From: Octopus sinensis
Taxonomy: Eukaryota
Assembly (NCBI RefSeq): GCF_006345805.1
Contig: NC_043014.1
Span: forward strand, 16,492,001 to 16,556,000
Reading direction: 5' to 3'
DNA length: 64,000 nucleotides
Position numbers and translations under genes: made by a program. Positions 39,651 through 53,858 of this stretch are shown here, in pieces. The notes under the pieces are model-generated. The model had not been told where the DNA came from. It did no database searches and saw nothing but the letters and a program-made list of their open reading frames with translations. How positions within the stretch are numbered: the first letter of the stretch is position 1; each line of letters begins with the position of its first letter.

Positions 39651-40898
39651 GCCGTGTGCATATATAGGTGCAGGATGTCACAGTAAACAACATCATCCTC
39701 ATCATCATTTAGCGTCCGCTTTCCGTGCTAGCACGGGTTGGATGGTTCAAATGGGGTCTGGGTAGCCAGAAGGCTGCACCAGGCCCAGTCTGTTCTGGCA
39801 ATGTTTCTATGGCTGGATGCCCTTCCTAATGCCAACTACTCCGTGAGTGTTGTGGGTTTTTTTTACGTGCCACTGGCACAGGCGTCGGACAGGGCTGGCA
39901 AATGGCCACAGTCGGATGCTGCTTTTTACATGCCACCGGCACGGGGGCCAGGCGACGAAAACAAATGAGTTAAGTACACAAATAATAAGAGGAAAGAATA
40001 GAAAACGGGATAAGTAATACACAGAAAGAACCCTTCGTATGTTGTCGGCTGTCTATCTACTCCTCATTTCTAGCATTCAACGACAACTATTCCCATAAAT
40101 TACCAAAATAAAATTTGGGATTTCTGGATGGTTGAAGTTGGGAACTAAAACAGGAAAGTGGAGACAGAGAAGGAAACCAAACGAAAACAAGCGTGGAGGG
40201 TCGTTGGACCAGAATGGGGGGGGGGGAATAATGAAAGGGAAAAGAGAGGAGTAGAAGACATCCAGTTGTTAGAAAAAGAAAGAGGGCCACATATAAATAG
40301 TTATGGTACATTCTGTTAAGAATGTAGAACAGTATAAAGATCGCCTACCTTCAGATTTCATCCTGTGCTATCCAGTGGTAATAGATTTACTTCCAGGTTT
40401 GTGTTTGGGCATCTCTGCCGTGTGTGAACAGGGAACTGGAAAAAAATTGGAGTCAATAAGAAGGGACAGAGTTGGACATTTTTATTTTTTTAATCACTGC
40501 AATGGTTTCCACGCAACCTGCTTCTCCAGGTGAGCAGGGAGTTGATTATGCAACCGTTTTCCTCTGTTACGAGATCTGGTTGTGTTTCCTCAGGTGATAT
40601 ATAAATATTGCTGCCCAAAGTTTAAAATTCTTGGCTTCAAGACCATCCCATCCGTCTGTTGTGGCCTAAATTTAGTAGTAGTAGTAGTCTGAGCTTATCA
40701 GGGCGTGTTGTTGCTGAAGGACTGTTGGAGGACTATGTCATGTGGAAACAATTGTAGTGATTAAAGAAATAAATGCCCAACCATAGCCCTTCTTGTTGGA
40801 CACAATTTTCTCAATTATATGTAATACATAATATATATTCATACAGTAGTACCTCAGTTTATGAACGCCTCTGATCACGAATAAATCGTACTTTATAT

Positions 40899-41280
40899 AG
40901 GCGCAGGAGTGGCTGTGTGGTAAGTAGCTTGCTTACCAACCACATGGTTCCGGGTTCAGTCCCACTGCGTGGCACCTTGGGCAAGTGTCTTCTACTATAG
41001 CCTCGGGCCGACCAAAGCCTTGTGAGTGGATTTGGTAGACGGAAACTGAAAGAAGCCTGTTGTATATATGTATATATATATATATGCGTGTGTTTGTCCC
41101 CCTAGCATTGCTTGACAACCGATGCTGGTGAGTTTATGTCCCCGTAACTTAGCAGTTCGGCAAATAGACCGATAGAATAAGTACTGGGCTTACAAAGAAT
41201 AAGTCCTGGGGTCAAGTTGCTCGATTAAAGGTGGTGCTCCAGCATGGCCACAGTCAAATGACTGAAACAAGTAAAAAGAA
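40899..41280 (+). mobile_element. tRNA-derived SINE family A, representative full-length copy. Other copies at about 3675-3835, 11340-11640(-), 12983-13367, 14814-15055, 22845-23185(-), 26320-26530, 27665-28050(-), 42045-42415(-), 48885-49160, 49300-49620(-), 50495-50880 and 60895-61220
   Basis: Head ggcgcaggagtggctgtgtggtaag...ggttcagtccc (A/B box-like), accttgggcaagt body, internal (TA)/(TG) tract, tail ggcggtgctccagcatggccgcagtcaaatgactgaaacaag. More than 12 copies in the window. Confidence 0.85.
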
Positions 41281-42513
41281 AATATATAGGATCTTTTCGG
41301 TTTGAACGGCAGTTTTTAACAATTTCTAGGTAACTAAAATATGTTAAACTTTGTATACTGGTAGAAAGTGTTTATAAAACATCTTTATACAGCATGGAAT
41401 TTATATATTTAAACATAATTACAGAGTTGTTAGAAAAGAGTTTATTGTAGAAATAAGGGTGTGGGGCATGCAGATAATGTCTTAACAGCTGTTTCCAGAG
41501 CAGATGTGCTTATGGTGCATTTCTTAGCGAAGTAAGATAAACTATTGTAGCCGACTGTTCAGTCCTTAATAATCCTTAACTAAAAGGGCTTGTTGGTGAA
41601 CCATTCCTTCCAGCCTGTGATGTTTGAGACATTTGGAAGACATCTGAGACATTTCACTAATAGCAAAGTTCTTGTCATCGTTTGTACTTTACCTTGAAGG
41701 TGAAATATATGGGGTTTGAGAATGGCACGACTAGAGTGTGTGCCACCTGGAGCAGCCCTTGATTGTGCTCTACATCCCGAAAACACTCCGAGGATTTTTC
41801 ACCAGAGCCCCGTCTGCCAGGTTGTGGCTCTAGTACCACTCGGTGTCAGACCAATCCGCCTTGGGAGGCCCTACCAGGGACCGAAGTTTCCGACGGCATA
41901 GCTCTGACACTACCTGTTACCAGCGTCCCCACCACGGTGAGGAGGGGATGGACTTTGGGGACTCCTCGGAGTGTCTTTTTCTGCAACCGGCAGCTCCTCG
42001 GTCTTTCTGTCCCTGCATCTCTTTACTCTTTTCTCTTTTACTTGTTTCAGTCATTTGACTGTGGCCATGCTGGAGCACCGCCTTCAGTTGAGCAAATCGA
42101 CCCCGGGACTTATTCTTTTGTAAGCCCAGTACTTATTCTATAGGTCTCTTTTGCCGAACCGCTAAGTGACGGGGACGCAAACACACCAGCATCGGTTGTC
42201 AAGCAATGCTAGGGGGACAAACACAGACACACAAACACACATACATATGTATACATATATACGACAGGCTTCTTTCAGTTTCCGTCTCCCAAATCCACTC
42301 ACAAGGCATTGGTCGGCCCGAGGCTATAGCAGAAGACACTTGCCCAAGATGCTACGCAGTGGGACTGAACCCGGAACCATGTGGTCGGATAGCAAGCTAC
42401 TTGCCACATAGCCACTCTGCGGACAGTCTGCAGCAAACAGGATGTCTCTACATGCGGGATTGTTGGGGACTGCTTGTGAAATCCACATATTCCCACAAAA
42501 CTTCTTCCAACTT

Positions 42514-42860
42514 CTTCGAGATGCTTTGAGGGTGATAGAAGAAGCCGACTCAACCCACCCAGGGTGAATGTCGCAACAAGTACAAGTAAGTACATCCCGA
42601 AGGTCCTGAGGCTTATACAGCCCAACACAACAGATACAAAATTGCCTCTGCCTCCTCATAATATAGATGTATGTATATAACGGGAAGGTTTACGATAATA
42701 AACAAAAGACGAAGGCAGGTGGTGTACAAACAAATAAATGTATTAGTATGGTACTCAGGAATAGAAATAAAACTAGTCTTTTACGTTTCGAGCCTACGCT
42801 CTTCGACCGAAAGATACACAGAAAAGAAGCAAGAAATATATATATGTGTACATATATATA

Positions 42861-42900
<40 letters not shown>

Positions 42901-42939
42901 TATACATGTATATATGTATGTACATATATATATATATGT

Positions 42940-42986
<47 letters not shown>

Positions 42987-43168
42987 TATATATATATATG
43001 TATATATATGTACATATATATATATATGTACATATATATATATATACTCATATTTATATGTATATATATATGTGTGTGTATATGTATATATATATATAGA
43101 TATGTATATATATATATATATAAATATATATGTATATGTATATATATATATGTATATGTATATATATG

Positions 43169-43229
<61 letters not shown>

Positions 43230-43628
43230 CTTTATATATAAAAGTGAAGTTGTGTGTCTGTCTCCTACGATTTAGATTCCTAACTACTCTCACATTTTGC
43301 GGTGCATTTTAACCAAAACCAGGTATCTTATAGTCGTGATTCATATCGAGCCCTTCTGGGTATTAGCATGCGTCTACGATGAGTCTACGATTTAAAAAAA
43401 AAATTTCCATCATTTTTTACATTTTAATGCATTTTTGTCGTAATTATATAAGGGAAGTAAATCTCTAAAAATGTCTACGATGAGTCAGCGATTTAAAAAA
43501 AAATTGACCATCATTTTTTTCATTTTTAATGCATTTTTTTGCTTTTTTTTTGGTATAGCTCTCTAAAAATGCTTATATAGTTATTTCTCTTACAAACCCG
43601 AGCAACGCCGGGCGATACTGCTAGTATT

Positions 43629-43659
<31 letters not shown>

Positions 43660-44333
43660 GTACATACACACACAGAACTGTCAGGCCTCAGATTCCATTG
43701 TTTTAATGTCTTATAGCTTTTTTTTTATATACTTCCACGCATCAACTCACACACGTGTGTGTCTGTGTGTTTAAGTATTTGCTCGTGTGTGTTTATATGA
43801 GTGTCGGTGTGTGTCTGTAAATTAGCACACATATATATCATTAAACCCATATACATGTGTGTTCGTTGTGGTTTAAATGATTTGAGCTTTCTCCATTCAA
43901 TTTATTATAATTGTCTAATGTCTCAGGCTTGACTTCAGCACTTCTATGCTGTCTGTATCTTTTGTAAGAAAAATATAACTATACATATTAGCCCCTACAC
44001 GCAATTTTTTTCTCTCCTTGTTTCTTTTCTGTGTATCTTTCGGTCGAAGAGCGTAGGCTCGAAACGTAAAAGACTTGTTTAATTTCTATTCCTGAGTGCC
44101 ATACTAATACATTTGTTTGTTTGTACTCCACCTGCCTTCGTCTTTTGTTTATTTTCGTAAACCTTCCCGTTATATACATACATCTATATTATGAAGAGGC
44201 AGAGGCAATTTTGTATCTGTTGTGTTGGGCTGTATAAGCCTCAGGACCTTCGGGATGTACTTACTTGTACTTGTTGCGACATTCACCCTGGGTGGGTTGA
44301 GTCGGCTTCTACCACCCTCAAAGCATCTCGAAG
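42514..44333. repeat. Inverted repeat (arms about 42514-42833 and 44017-44333) carrying a hammerhead-like motif, around a (TA)n tract and a Helitron
   Basis: About 320-bp near-perfect reverse-complement arms (the ORF track gives near-identical peptides on opposite strands). Motif UCGAAGA-gcgtaggctc-GAAAC-GUA at 44044-44068. Confidence 0.85.
43229..43624 (+). mobile_element. Non-autonomous Helitron (same family as 29511-30023)
   Basis: A|TCTTTATATATAAAA start, shared body (gatttagattcctaactact, gtctacgatgagtctacgattt), identical hairpin and CTAG|T end. Confidence 0.85.
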
Positions 44334-45214
44334 GATGGCCGTGTGGTTAAGAAGCTCGCTTTGCAACCATCTGGTTTCGGGTTCAGTCTCACTGCATGAC
44401 ATTTGGGCAAGTGTCTCCTGCTATAATTTCGGGGCTATATATATATATATGTGTGTGTGTGTGTATTATTGTTTACTTGTTTCAGACATTGAACTGCTTG
44501 AAGTGTTCATTCGAACAAATCAACTCCAATACTTATTTTTTAAAAGACTATGTTACTTTGCCGAAACGCTTTATATGGAGAAATAAACAAACCAGCTCCG
44601 ATTGTCAAGCGGTGATGGGTGACACACACAAAAACACACACACACATATACGACTGGTTTCCTAACTGTTTCGCCGGTGCTGACACTTGCTCAAAGTACT
44701 GCACTGTGGGACTCAACTTTTTCCTAATGTCTTCTGATAGTGTTGAAGCCAGTGAGTGTTAAAAAGTATTTTCCAACACTCAGTCCAGATTAGAAACACT
44801 TTCTGCTTTAAGGGATGGATATGTGGGGAGAAATTCTTTTACATTTAGGAGCATCTTTCCAATATACCTGAAACATGTATAACGAGAAAAAACATTAATT
44901 TATTTAAAAGCCTTTGAAAGTGGAAATTACAGGCGATATGAAAACATCCAAATATTGTCTTTAGTAAAATAAAATATAACTGGAAATCTACTCAGAGATC
45001 CGGTCCACAAATAATTGTTACCTCATTAGAGAGGATGTGCCCTTTATTCTTTAGCTATATAGAAAACTACTAATTTTAATTGCGATATATATGAATCAAT
45101 CAATACTTATTATTCGAAATTCAAAAAGGAATAAGAGGAAAAAAACGGGTATAGTCAGTCATTGGCAGACATAATTTATAAGGCTTTCCACTCCTTTCCA
45201 TCTTCAGCTGCTAG

Positions 45215-45825
45215 AAGTATTTCTATTTCTTTATTACCCACAAGGGGCTAAACACAGAGGGGACAAACAAGGACAGACAAACGGATTAAGTCGATTACAT
45301 CGACCCCAGTGCGAAACTGGTACTTAATTTATCGACCCCGAAAGGATGAAAGGCAAAGGCGATCTCGGAAGAATTTGAACTCAGAACATAAAGACAGACG
45401 AAATATCTATTTCTTTACTACCCACAAAGGGCAAAACACAGAGAGGACAAACAAGGACAGACAAACGGGTTAAATCGATTATATTGACCCCAGTGCGCAA
45501 CTGGTACTTATTTAATCGACCCCCAAAAGGATGAAAAGCAAAGTCGACTTTGGCGGAATTTGAACTCAGAAAGTAGCGGCCGACGAGATATCTGTTTCTT
45601 TATTACCCACAAGGGTCTAAACATAGAGGGGACAAACAAGGACAGACAAACGGATTAAGTCGATTACATCGACCCCAGTGTGTAACTGGTACTTAATTTA
45701 TCGACTCCGAAAGGATGAAAGGCAAAGTCGACCTCGGCGGAATTTGAACTCAGAACGTAGCGGCAGATGAAATATAGCTGAGCATTTCGCCCGGCGTGCT
45801 AACGTTTCTGCCAGCTCGCCGCATT
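45215..45825 (-). repeat. Head-to-tail trimer of family B SINE, about 187-bp period
   Basis: tttctttat/ctacccacaaggg units at about 45221, 45408 and 45593. Confidence 0.85.
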
Positions 45826-45899
45826 GAGCGACAACATCCTGCAGTCTGCACGAATCATACGGTGGCAAGTCGTTCTTGGTTGTTTCCTCTCGCTCTTTC

Positions 45900-47175
45900 C
45901 AATCTGTAGGGTGTTAAGCAGCAGACACTGTTGATAGCATTCATTGGGTGGGTGTTGCAGTTGGTGACCAACCTATTTCAGCCGGCGTTCCTTTATCCCT
46001 GTACTCATTTGATTCTCGTCAGCCATTTGGTATAATGTATCATTGGAAACGTGGTCGCTATAAGATATCTGATATATTTTCCTTAGGTTTCTTGTGTAAA
46101 AGTATTCACCATGGCCCTTTGCCGGTTTTTTGCCTGTTACCCGTGTTTCTCATCCATATGTAAAAGTCGGAAGTTTTGTCCATCTTTATCTTCATTGTTG
46201 TGTTGATGTCAGACGACCAGAGGTGTTGAAGCTGTGACATGCCGCTCTCCTACTGTCTATGATGTCACAGTTTGAGTTGTGAGAGCAGTTACAGTCGATC
46301 CTAGGTAAGTGAATTTATCAACCCTGGATAGCTGTTTTCCATTTGCCAGGACGCCTGTTGTTTTGTCACTGTTTATATTAATGGTGATGTATTCTGTCCT
46401 CGATTCGTTTATTTCTAGCCCCACAGTCTTGGCTTCTTGCATGACATTACCAAGGTAGTTCTGTGCTTCTATGGGGTAAGGAGCAAAGAGAACAATATCA
46501 TCTGCAAATGCAAGATAGACCAACTTATGTGATTCTGGTATTATCTTCCGTATGGGTTCGAACTTTCATCACATGATCCATAACCACCAAAGATAGATAA
46601 GGTGTTAAAGTATCACCTTGCAGAATTCCGCTCTGAAGTGTGAAGCCAGAAGAATGTTTTCCATTATCAAGAACATATGCTGTTTGGTATTCATAAAGAT
46701 ATCTAACTGCCAATGTTATCTTCGATGGTATCCCTATCCTTTCAAAAGTCGCAAACATAGCGGTCCTATGGATGCTGTCGAATAGTTTTCGAAAGTCTAT
46801 AAACAGCGCAGCTCTTGGGAGACACTACTCAACGCAGGTCTCCAATAAACTTTTCGGTGTGTGAATTTGTTCAATGCAACTACAGTTCTTTCTAAAACCT
46901 CTCTAGTAGACTCTCATATCTTTATTTTTGCACGTACACCATTTAAGAGAAGTATATAAAAGACGATTTGCAATAGTTGGACATCTGTCACAGATCACCC
47001 TTCATATGACTGATGACCTCCATTCCCTAGGCGGCACACTTGTTAAGAGAACCTTGTTGTATATGTCAACGAATGCTGCTTGAGGTGCGTCTCCTCCATA
47101 TTTGGGTGATTTGTTTACTAGAAAGAGGTTTGTACCAGGTTCTTTGTCATTTGATGCCTCATTAAGTACGACAAG
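45900..47175 (-). mobile_element. Degenerate non-LTR RT fragment (RTE-X/L2-like)
   Basis: LFIDFRKLFDSIHR, SGILQGDTLTPYL, LAFADDIVL, GLEINESRTEY and FTYLGS, with many stops and frameshifts. Confidence 0.75.
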
Positions 47176-47197
47176 AAGTTCAAACATCTCGAAATAT

Positions 47198-47269
<72 letters not shown>

Positions 47270-47275
47270 CACAAT

Positions 47276-47322
<47 letters not shown>

Positions 47323-47482
47323 CGATATCTGTTCTATGTATAACCAAAGAAAGAGCACATCTCAGATGAGGTGACAAGTATGTCTGGACCGGTTCTCTAA
47401 GAAGATTTTCAAATTCTAATTCATTTTACTAAAGTTAATATTTGGATCGTCTGTAATTTCCAATTTTAAAGGCTTTCGTGTG

Positions 47483-47516
<34 letters not shown>

Positions 47517-49799
47517 CGTGCGTGCATTATAACATCAGCGTCACAAGATATAGTATATTATTATCAAATTTTTTTAATAAAGCATTGCTTCGAATTATGT
47601 GACAGAAACACAGAAAAGAGAGATTATAATTTGAAAGAGTACCACCATCATAATCCCCGTCATCACCAACCCTAATGTCGCCCGAATCAAGAATAACCAC
47701 GTACTTGGTCAAAGAACAGCCAAACAATAGGGTGCTAGGCAACTAACACAGAGGTGTCAACATCACTAAGGGGGTTGATTGGCAGAGTTGTTAGAGCATC
47801 AGACAAATGCTTTGTGGTATTTGTTCTAAGTTCAAATCCCACCAAAGTCAATTTACCTTTCATCCTTTTGAGGTCAATAAAATAAGTACCGGTCAAATGC
47901 CGAGGTCAAAAAAATATCAACTAGCTCTTATCCCCTGCAAATTTCAGGCCTTGTGCCTATGGTAGAAAAGATTATTAGTATGGTGATGAGTTGGCAGAAT
48001 TGTTAACATGCCAAGCGAAATGCTTAGCGGCATTTTAAAGGTGGCAAGTTGGCAGAATCGGTAGCACGCTGGGCGAAATGCTTAGTGGTATTTCGCCTGC
48101 TGTTACATTCTGAGTTCAAATTCTGCCGAGGTCGACTTTGCCTTTCATCCTTTCAGGGTCGATAAATTAAGTACCAGTTACGCACTGGGATCGATGTAAT
48201 CGACTTAATCCCTTTGTCTGTCCTTGTTTGTCCCCTCTATGTTTAGCCTCTTGTGGGCAATAAAAAAATTTTTTTTTAAATGCTTATCGGCATTTCATTT
48301 AGCTTTACATTCTGAGTTCAAGGTTTACTTTGACTTTCATCCTTTCGGGGTCAATAAAAATACGTAGCAGTCAAACATTGGGGTTGATGTAATCGACTTA
48401 CCTGCTTCCCTGAAATTTGCTGGCCTTGTGCCAAAATTGGAAACCAAAAGCAGCAGGCTGGTAGAATTGTTAGCACACTGGGCAAAATGCTTAGTGGCAT
48501 TTTGTCTTTACATTCTGAGTTCCAATTCCATTGAGGTTGACTTTGCCTTCCATCCTTTCGAGATCGATGAAATAAGTACCAGTTATTCACTGGGTTGATG
48601 TAATCGACTAGCCCACCCCACCTCTTCCAAAATTTCAAGCCTTGCGTCTATAGCAGAAAGGATTATTATTGTTGTCGTTGTTGGTGGTGGTGTTATTATA
48701 GGCTGAAGGATCGAGAGAATTGTTAGGGAGTTGGACAAAATACCTGGCTGCATTTCTTAACATTCTGAGATCATAGGCATAGGAGTAGCTGTGTGGTAAG
48801 TAGCTTGCTTACCAACCACATGGTTCTGGGTTCAGTCCCACCTTAGATTAATCAGAGTTAAGTGTACAGCTTTGGTGCACAACAGGCATGGCTATGTGGT
48901 AAGAAGCTTGCTTCCCAACCACATGGTTCTAGGTTCAGTCCCACTGCGTGGCAACCTGGGTACGTGTCTTCTACTATGGCCTTGGGCTGACCAAAGCCGT
49001 GTGAGTGGATTTGGTAGACGGAAACTGAAAGAAGCCCGTCGTATATGTTGGTTTGTATGTTTGTTCCCTAACCATTGCTTGACAACCGATGTTGGTGTGT
49101 TTACATCCCTGTAACTTAGCAGTTTGGCAAAAAGAGACTAGTAAAATAAGTACTAGGCTTGCTGCAAGCACTGTTACATTAAACATCATGGAATTAGAAC
49201 TTAATTTGCAACTATGTACACCTGGGAGCAGAGAGTGCCTGCTACTTCACCTTAGTAGATGATAATTAGCTGAGGGGTTATACCTGTTCAGGTATTCTTT
49301 TACGTGTTTCAATCATTTGACTAGGATCATGCTGAAGCCTTTTAGTCGAAGAAATCAAACCCTGGACTTATTCTTTTAAGCCTGGTACTTATTCTATCTG
49401 TCCGTTCTGCTGAACCGCTAAGTTACAGGAATGTAAACACACAAACATCAGTGGGGGAAGGGGACAGACACAAAGACATAAATATATATAAGATGGGCTT
49501 CTTTCAGTTTCCATCTACCAAATCCACTCACAAGGCTTTGGTCGGCCCAAGGTGCCATGCAATAGGACTGAACCCAGAACCATGTGGTTGGGAAGCAAGC
49601 TTCTCACCACACACCCACGCCACTCGACCCTCAACAGCCAAAACCAACTCAACTGAATTTTAACTATTTGTCCCGAGATGGTTGCTGTTGCTTGGGTACC
49701 ATGATCAAAGAAGTTTCTCCTACAACCATCCCATTTATATATTCAGTGGTTGATTAACTAGATGCCAGTTGGGTCCAGGTGCCCAATATAAAGGGTTTT

Positions 49800-50275
49800 A
49801 AAAACAGTTCTCTTATTATTCAGAACACCTTACTTCCCTGGGCATGGATACATTGAAACTCCAATGACTGGCAGCTGACTTGGCAGACACTCATAAAATT
49901 ATTAACCATATTACTAACAATCACTCTGAGCACCTTTTCAAACTCCACCTGTCTAACACTTGTGGACATGTTTACAAAGTCAGAAAACAGCACAGCTCCC
50001 ATGACTTTCGGAAACACTTTTTCACACTAAGAGTTGGTGAAGTATGGAACAAACTGCCAGCATCAGTTGTTAGTTGCTGGAGCACTGCATCCTTCAAAAC
50101 TTCCATGCTTCCTGAGATTCGCCAACACTACACCTGATTTTCTCCCCTCCATACACACACAAGCATGTATCTGACTCATACACTGTTCGCTGTCCAGACA
50201 TTTGTACATTACTGCATATGCTTTATACACAATTTTGACAAGTAGTGGTGCACCTGAGCACTGTATACAATAACT

Positions 50276-50331
<56 letters not shown>
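49800..50331 (+). mobile_element. CR1 LINE 3' end with (ATT)n tail
   Basis: CGHVYKVRKQ..FRKHFFTLRVGEVWNKLPASVV...FK is the typical CR1 ORF2 C-terminus; followed by a 3' UTR and (ATT)n at 50278-50331. Confidence 0.85.
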
Positions 50332-50333
<2 letters not shown>

Positions 50334-51149
50334 CTTCTTTCTTGATTTCACTATGAATTTAGCTCATCAAATTCAACTCATACAGGTGTCTGGTAACTTA
50401 CTTAAGCCTACCCCACCACCTGCCTCCATATATACACATGCTTACATATGTATTTCTGTGCATACACACACACATATATATGATAGGTGCAAGTGTGGGT
50501 GTGAGGTAAGAAGCTTGCTTCCCGACCACATGGTTCCAGGTTCAGTCCCACTCTGTGGCACCTTCAACTAGTGTCTTCTACTATAGCCTCATGCTGACCA
50601 AAATCTTGTGAGTGAATTTGGTAGACAGAAACTGAAATATCTATATATATATATATATATATATAATGCACGTGTGTGTATCTGCGTTTATTCCCTTGCC
50701 ATCTTTTCACAACTGATGCTGGTGTGTTTATGTCCTTATAACTTAGCAGTTTGAGAAAAGAAATTGATTGAATAAGTACTCAAAAAATAAGTCCTGGGGT
50801 CAATTTCTTTGACTAAAACCCTTTAAGGCAGCGCTCCAACACGGCTGCAGTCAAATGAATGACTGAAACAAGTAAAACAATAAAAGAAAGTATATCTATC
50901 TGTCTATCTATCCAATATGTATTTCTATATATATTATTATTATTATTTTTCTAAATCTCTCAAAGAGAAACATTCAGTAATAGGTCTTTAAAGTAGAGGC
51001 TATTTGCCAACATAATGTGGCTGTCCTGGAAGAGGCGATGTTACTGTTATTTCTAGCTGGCTATACAACACAATATCTGTGTCCTTATATTTTCGAACAG
51101 GGAGTTCAGCACTCCCATCCAGTGCAATATATATATATATATATATGTT

Positions 51150-53092
51150 GATTGATCGTGTGGCACCAGACATCAAGGTCCGCAGCCAAGTCTGACCAGC
51201 ATTGGTGGTTAATATGACATGCTGTTAGAGACTTCTTGAGGCAGTCTTTGTAGCGCTTCCTCAGAGCTCCTCTCACACGGTGGCCGATGGAGGGTTCGCC
51301 AAACTGGGCAATCTTAGGAAGGCAATGGTTCTCCATTCTGGAGACATGCTCTGCCCATCGGAGGTGGGACTTCAGTAGCATGGCTTCAATGCTGGGGATC
51401 TCGGCCCGCTCCAAGACTTCAATGTTCATGACGATATCACTCCAGTGAATGTTGAGGATGGTGCGGAGACATCGTTGGTGGAAGCGCTCGAGGAGACGGA
51501 TGTGACTGCGGTAAGTAATCCAGGTCTCTGAGCCATAGAGAAGAGTGGTGATAACCACGGCCCTGTAGACACTGATCTTTGTTTTGTTCTTCAGGTTATT
51601 ATTGTGCCAAACATGTTTGTACAATCTGCCAAAGGACCTATTTGCCTTAGAGAGTCTATTTTCAATTTCTTTGTCGATCCTTGCATCGAATGAGATGATG
51701 CAGCCCAGGTATGTAAACTGCTGAGTTGATTTCAGTTTGGTACCACATATAGTGATGTAGGGTGGGCGGTAATCCTCTTGGGGTGTAGGTTGGTGAAGTA
51801 CCTCCGTCTTCTTGAGGCTGACTGCCAGGCCAAAGAGCTGTGAGGCGTCTGCAAGGCAGGACGTGATGCACTGCAGAGCTCGATCTGTATGGGCGACAAG
51901 GACTGCATCGTCTGTGAAGAGAAGGTCTTGGATCAGCCTCTCCTGGGTCTTGGAGGCGCCATAGATTGAAGAGGCTGCTATCCAGACGATACTTAACACA
52001 CCCTATCCTCATCCTCCATTTCTTCAGTTGCATGCTTGATCATCATGCTGAAGAAGATGCTGAAGAGAGCCGGTGCCAGGACACAACCCAGCTTCATGCC
52101 GTTGGAGATGGGGAAGGGCTCCGACAGGTCACCATTGAGTCTTATCTGACCACGCTGATTCTCGTGCAGCTAGATCACCATCTGTAGAAACTTGGTGGGA
52201 CAGCCAAGTCGTTCCAGGATGAGCCATAGTCCTGTCCTGCTCACTGTGTCAAATGCTTTTGTGAGGTCAACAAAAGCAGCATAGAGTCCCCTGTTTTGTT
52301 CTCGACATTTCTCCTGGAGTTGGCGGAGGACGAACACCATATCCGTTGTGCCTGTTGGGTCTGAGGCCACACTGGCTCTTGGGGAGGTTTTCTTCAGCAA
52401 TGGTTGGTACTAGCCTATTGAGCAGGATCCTGGCAAGTACTTTGCCAGCGATGGAGAGTAGGGTGATTCCCTGGTAGTTGAAGCAGTCAGACTTTTCACC
52501 CTTGTTCTTGTACAGGGTTATGATGACGGTGTCGTGAAGATCCTGTGGCAGCTTGCTCTGCTCCCAGCAGCAGACAAGAAAATCATGGAGCATTGGACCT
52601 CCATTCTTCCAGATTTCTGGTGGGATGCCGTCAACTCCTGCTGCTTTGCGACTCTTGAGTTTTCCTATGGCTTCAATCGTTTCTTCGAGGGTGGGTGGTT
52701 TGTTGAGCTCCTCTTTGAGTGGAAGTTGAGGAATGCGAAGGATGGCAGCGTCCTGTATGGTACAGTTACCACTGAAGAGGCTTTGGAAGTGCTCGGACCA
52801 GCGAGCGAGGATGGAGGTGTTATCGGTGAGGTCCTGTCCATCTGAACTGTGCAGGGGACTCTGTGCAGAGGCTTTCAGAGCCTCATAAAAGCCTCTATAG
52901 TCTCTGAGGTTCTCCATGCCAGGTGGTTCCACCACACGTTCTGCATTTCTCTGAGTTTTCGCTGTAGGGTGCTGCATGCGCGTCGAAAGGTAGTTTTCTT
53001 TACAGGACAGGCTGGTTGTGCGAGGTGGGCCTAATGAGCTGCCCTCTTCCTTGCTAGTAATTCCTGGATCTCCTTGTCATTTTCATCAAACT
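51150..53092 (-). mobile_element. RTE-BovB-like LINE, frameshifted
   Basis: KAAGVDGIPPEIWK, YQGITLLSIAGKVLARILLNRL, AAFVDLTKAFDTVSR, DLLFTDDA, FTYLG and HQRCLRTILNIHW...LRWAEHVSRM. Confidence 0.9.
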
Positions 53093-53350
53093 AGAAGCTG
53101 AGGACTACTGAAGATCTGTATGGGAAACAATTGAGGAAATCAGTGAACAAACTGTATGACTAAAAGAACTCATGCTGGACTACTGCCAGCATGTTTAGCA
53201 AAAACATTATGAAATAGTTGGTGAAATATTGAAAGCTGTTCTAGAAAAAATGGGAAAGAAGAAATCTCCAGACCTAGGCCTAATAACAAGTTACTGGCTG
53301 AAGAATTTTACCTTGTATTGGCAAGATTTATACACTACAAATGATCATGT
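53093..53350 (+). mobile_element. Very degenerate R4/Dong-like RT fragment
   Basis: KKKSPDLGLITSYWLKNF resembles KWESPGKDKIPNFWLNAF of the intact element at 18190. Confidence 0.4.
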
Positions 53351-53858
53351 TATACAAATCTTCAAGACCTTAAGATTTAAAGATGATGAACAAAACAAGA
53401 TACTCTCTTTCACAACCTTGCTACCAAGCAGGTGGCCAGTTTGTCAGGAGTCTGTGAGGGGCTCCACACTAAAAGTGAATGGAATTATGAAGAGCTTTAT
53501 TTAACAAAAGTAAATAAAAGAATAACAATATGTTTTATAAGCTATCCACAGTCCAATACAAATAGTTAGAATTGCTTTTCATTAACCTGGGGAATTGATT
53601 GTTCCTCTTTCCAAATATTTAGCACTGTCAGGTGCGACATACTAAACTACCCCAAACTTTTTTAAAATATAAAATAGCTGGAGATGGGGGCCATATGTTT
53701 TTAAAACTGAACATTCAGACCATCTTTGCTATAGTACATTTGTTGAAAAAATTAAGAATAATAATGATAATAGAAATAATACAAATGATGTTAATAAATG
53801 CATGATGACTTAACACCAGAATACCTGGACAAGTCTTTATGTTACCTTTATTTTTCTG

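Noticed and set aside
41800-41960. Possible HDV-like ribozyme or RTE 5' UTR (ccctaccaggg...ggcatagctct)
   Set aside because: I could not assemble P1, P1.1 and P3 consistently. It would need a descriptor search on a consensus.
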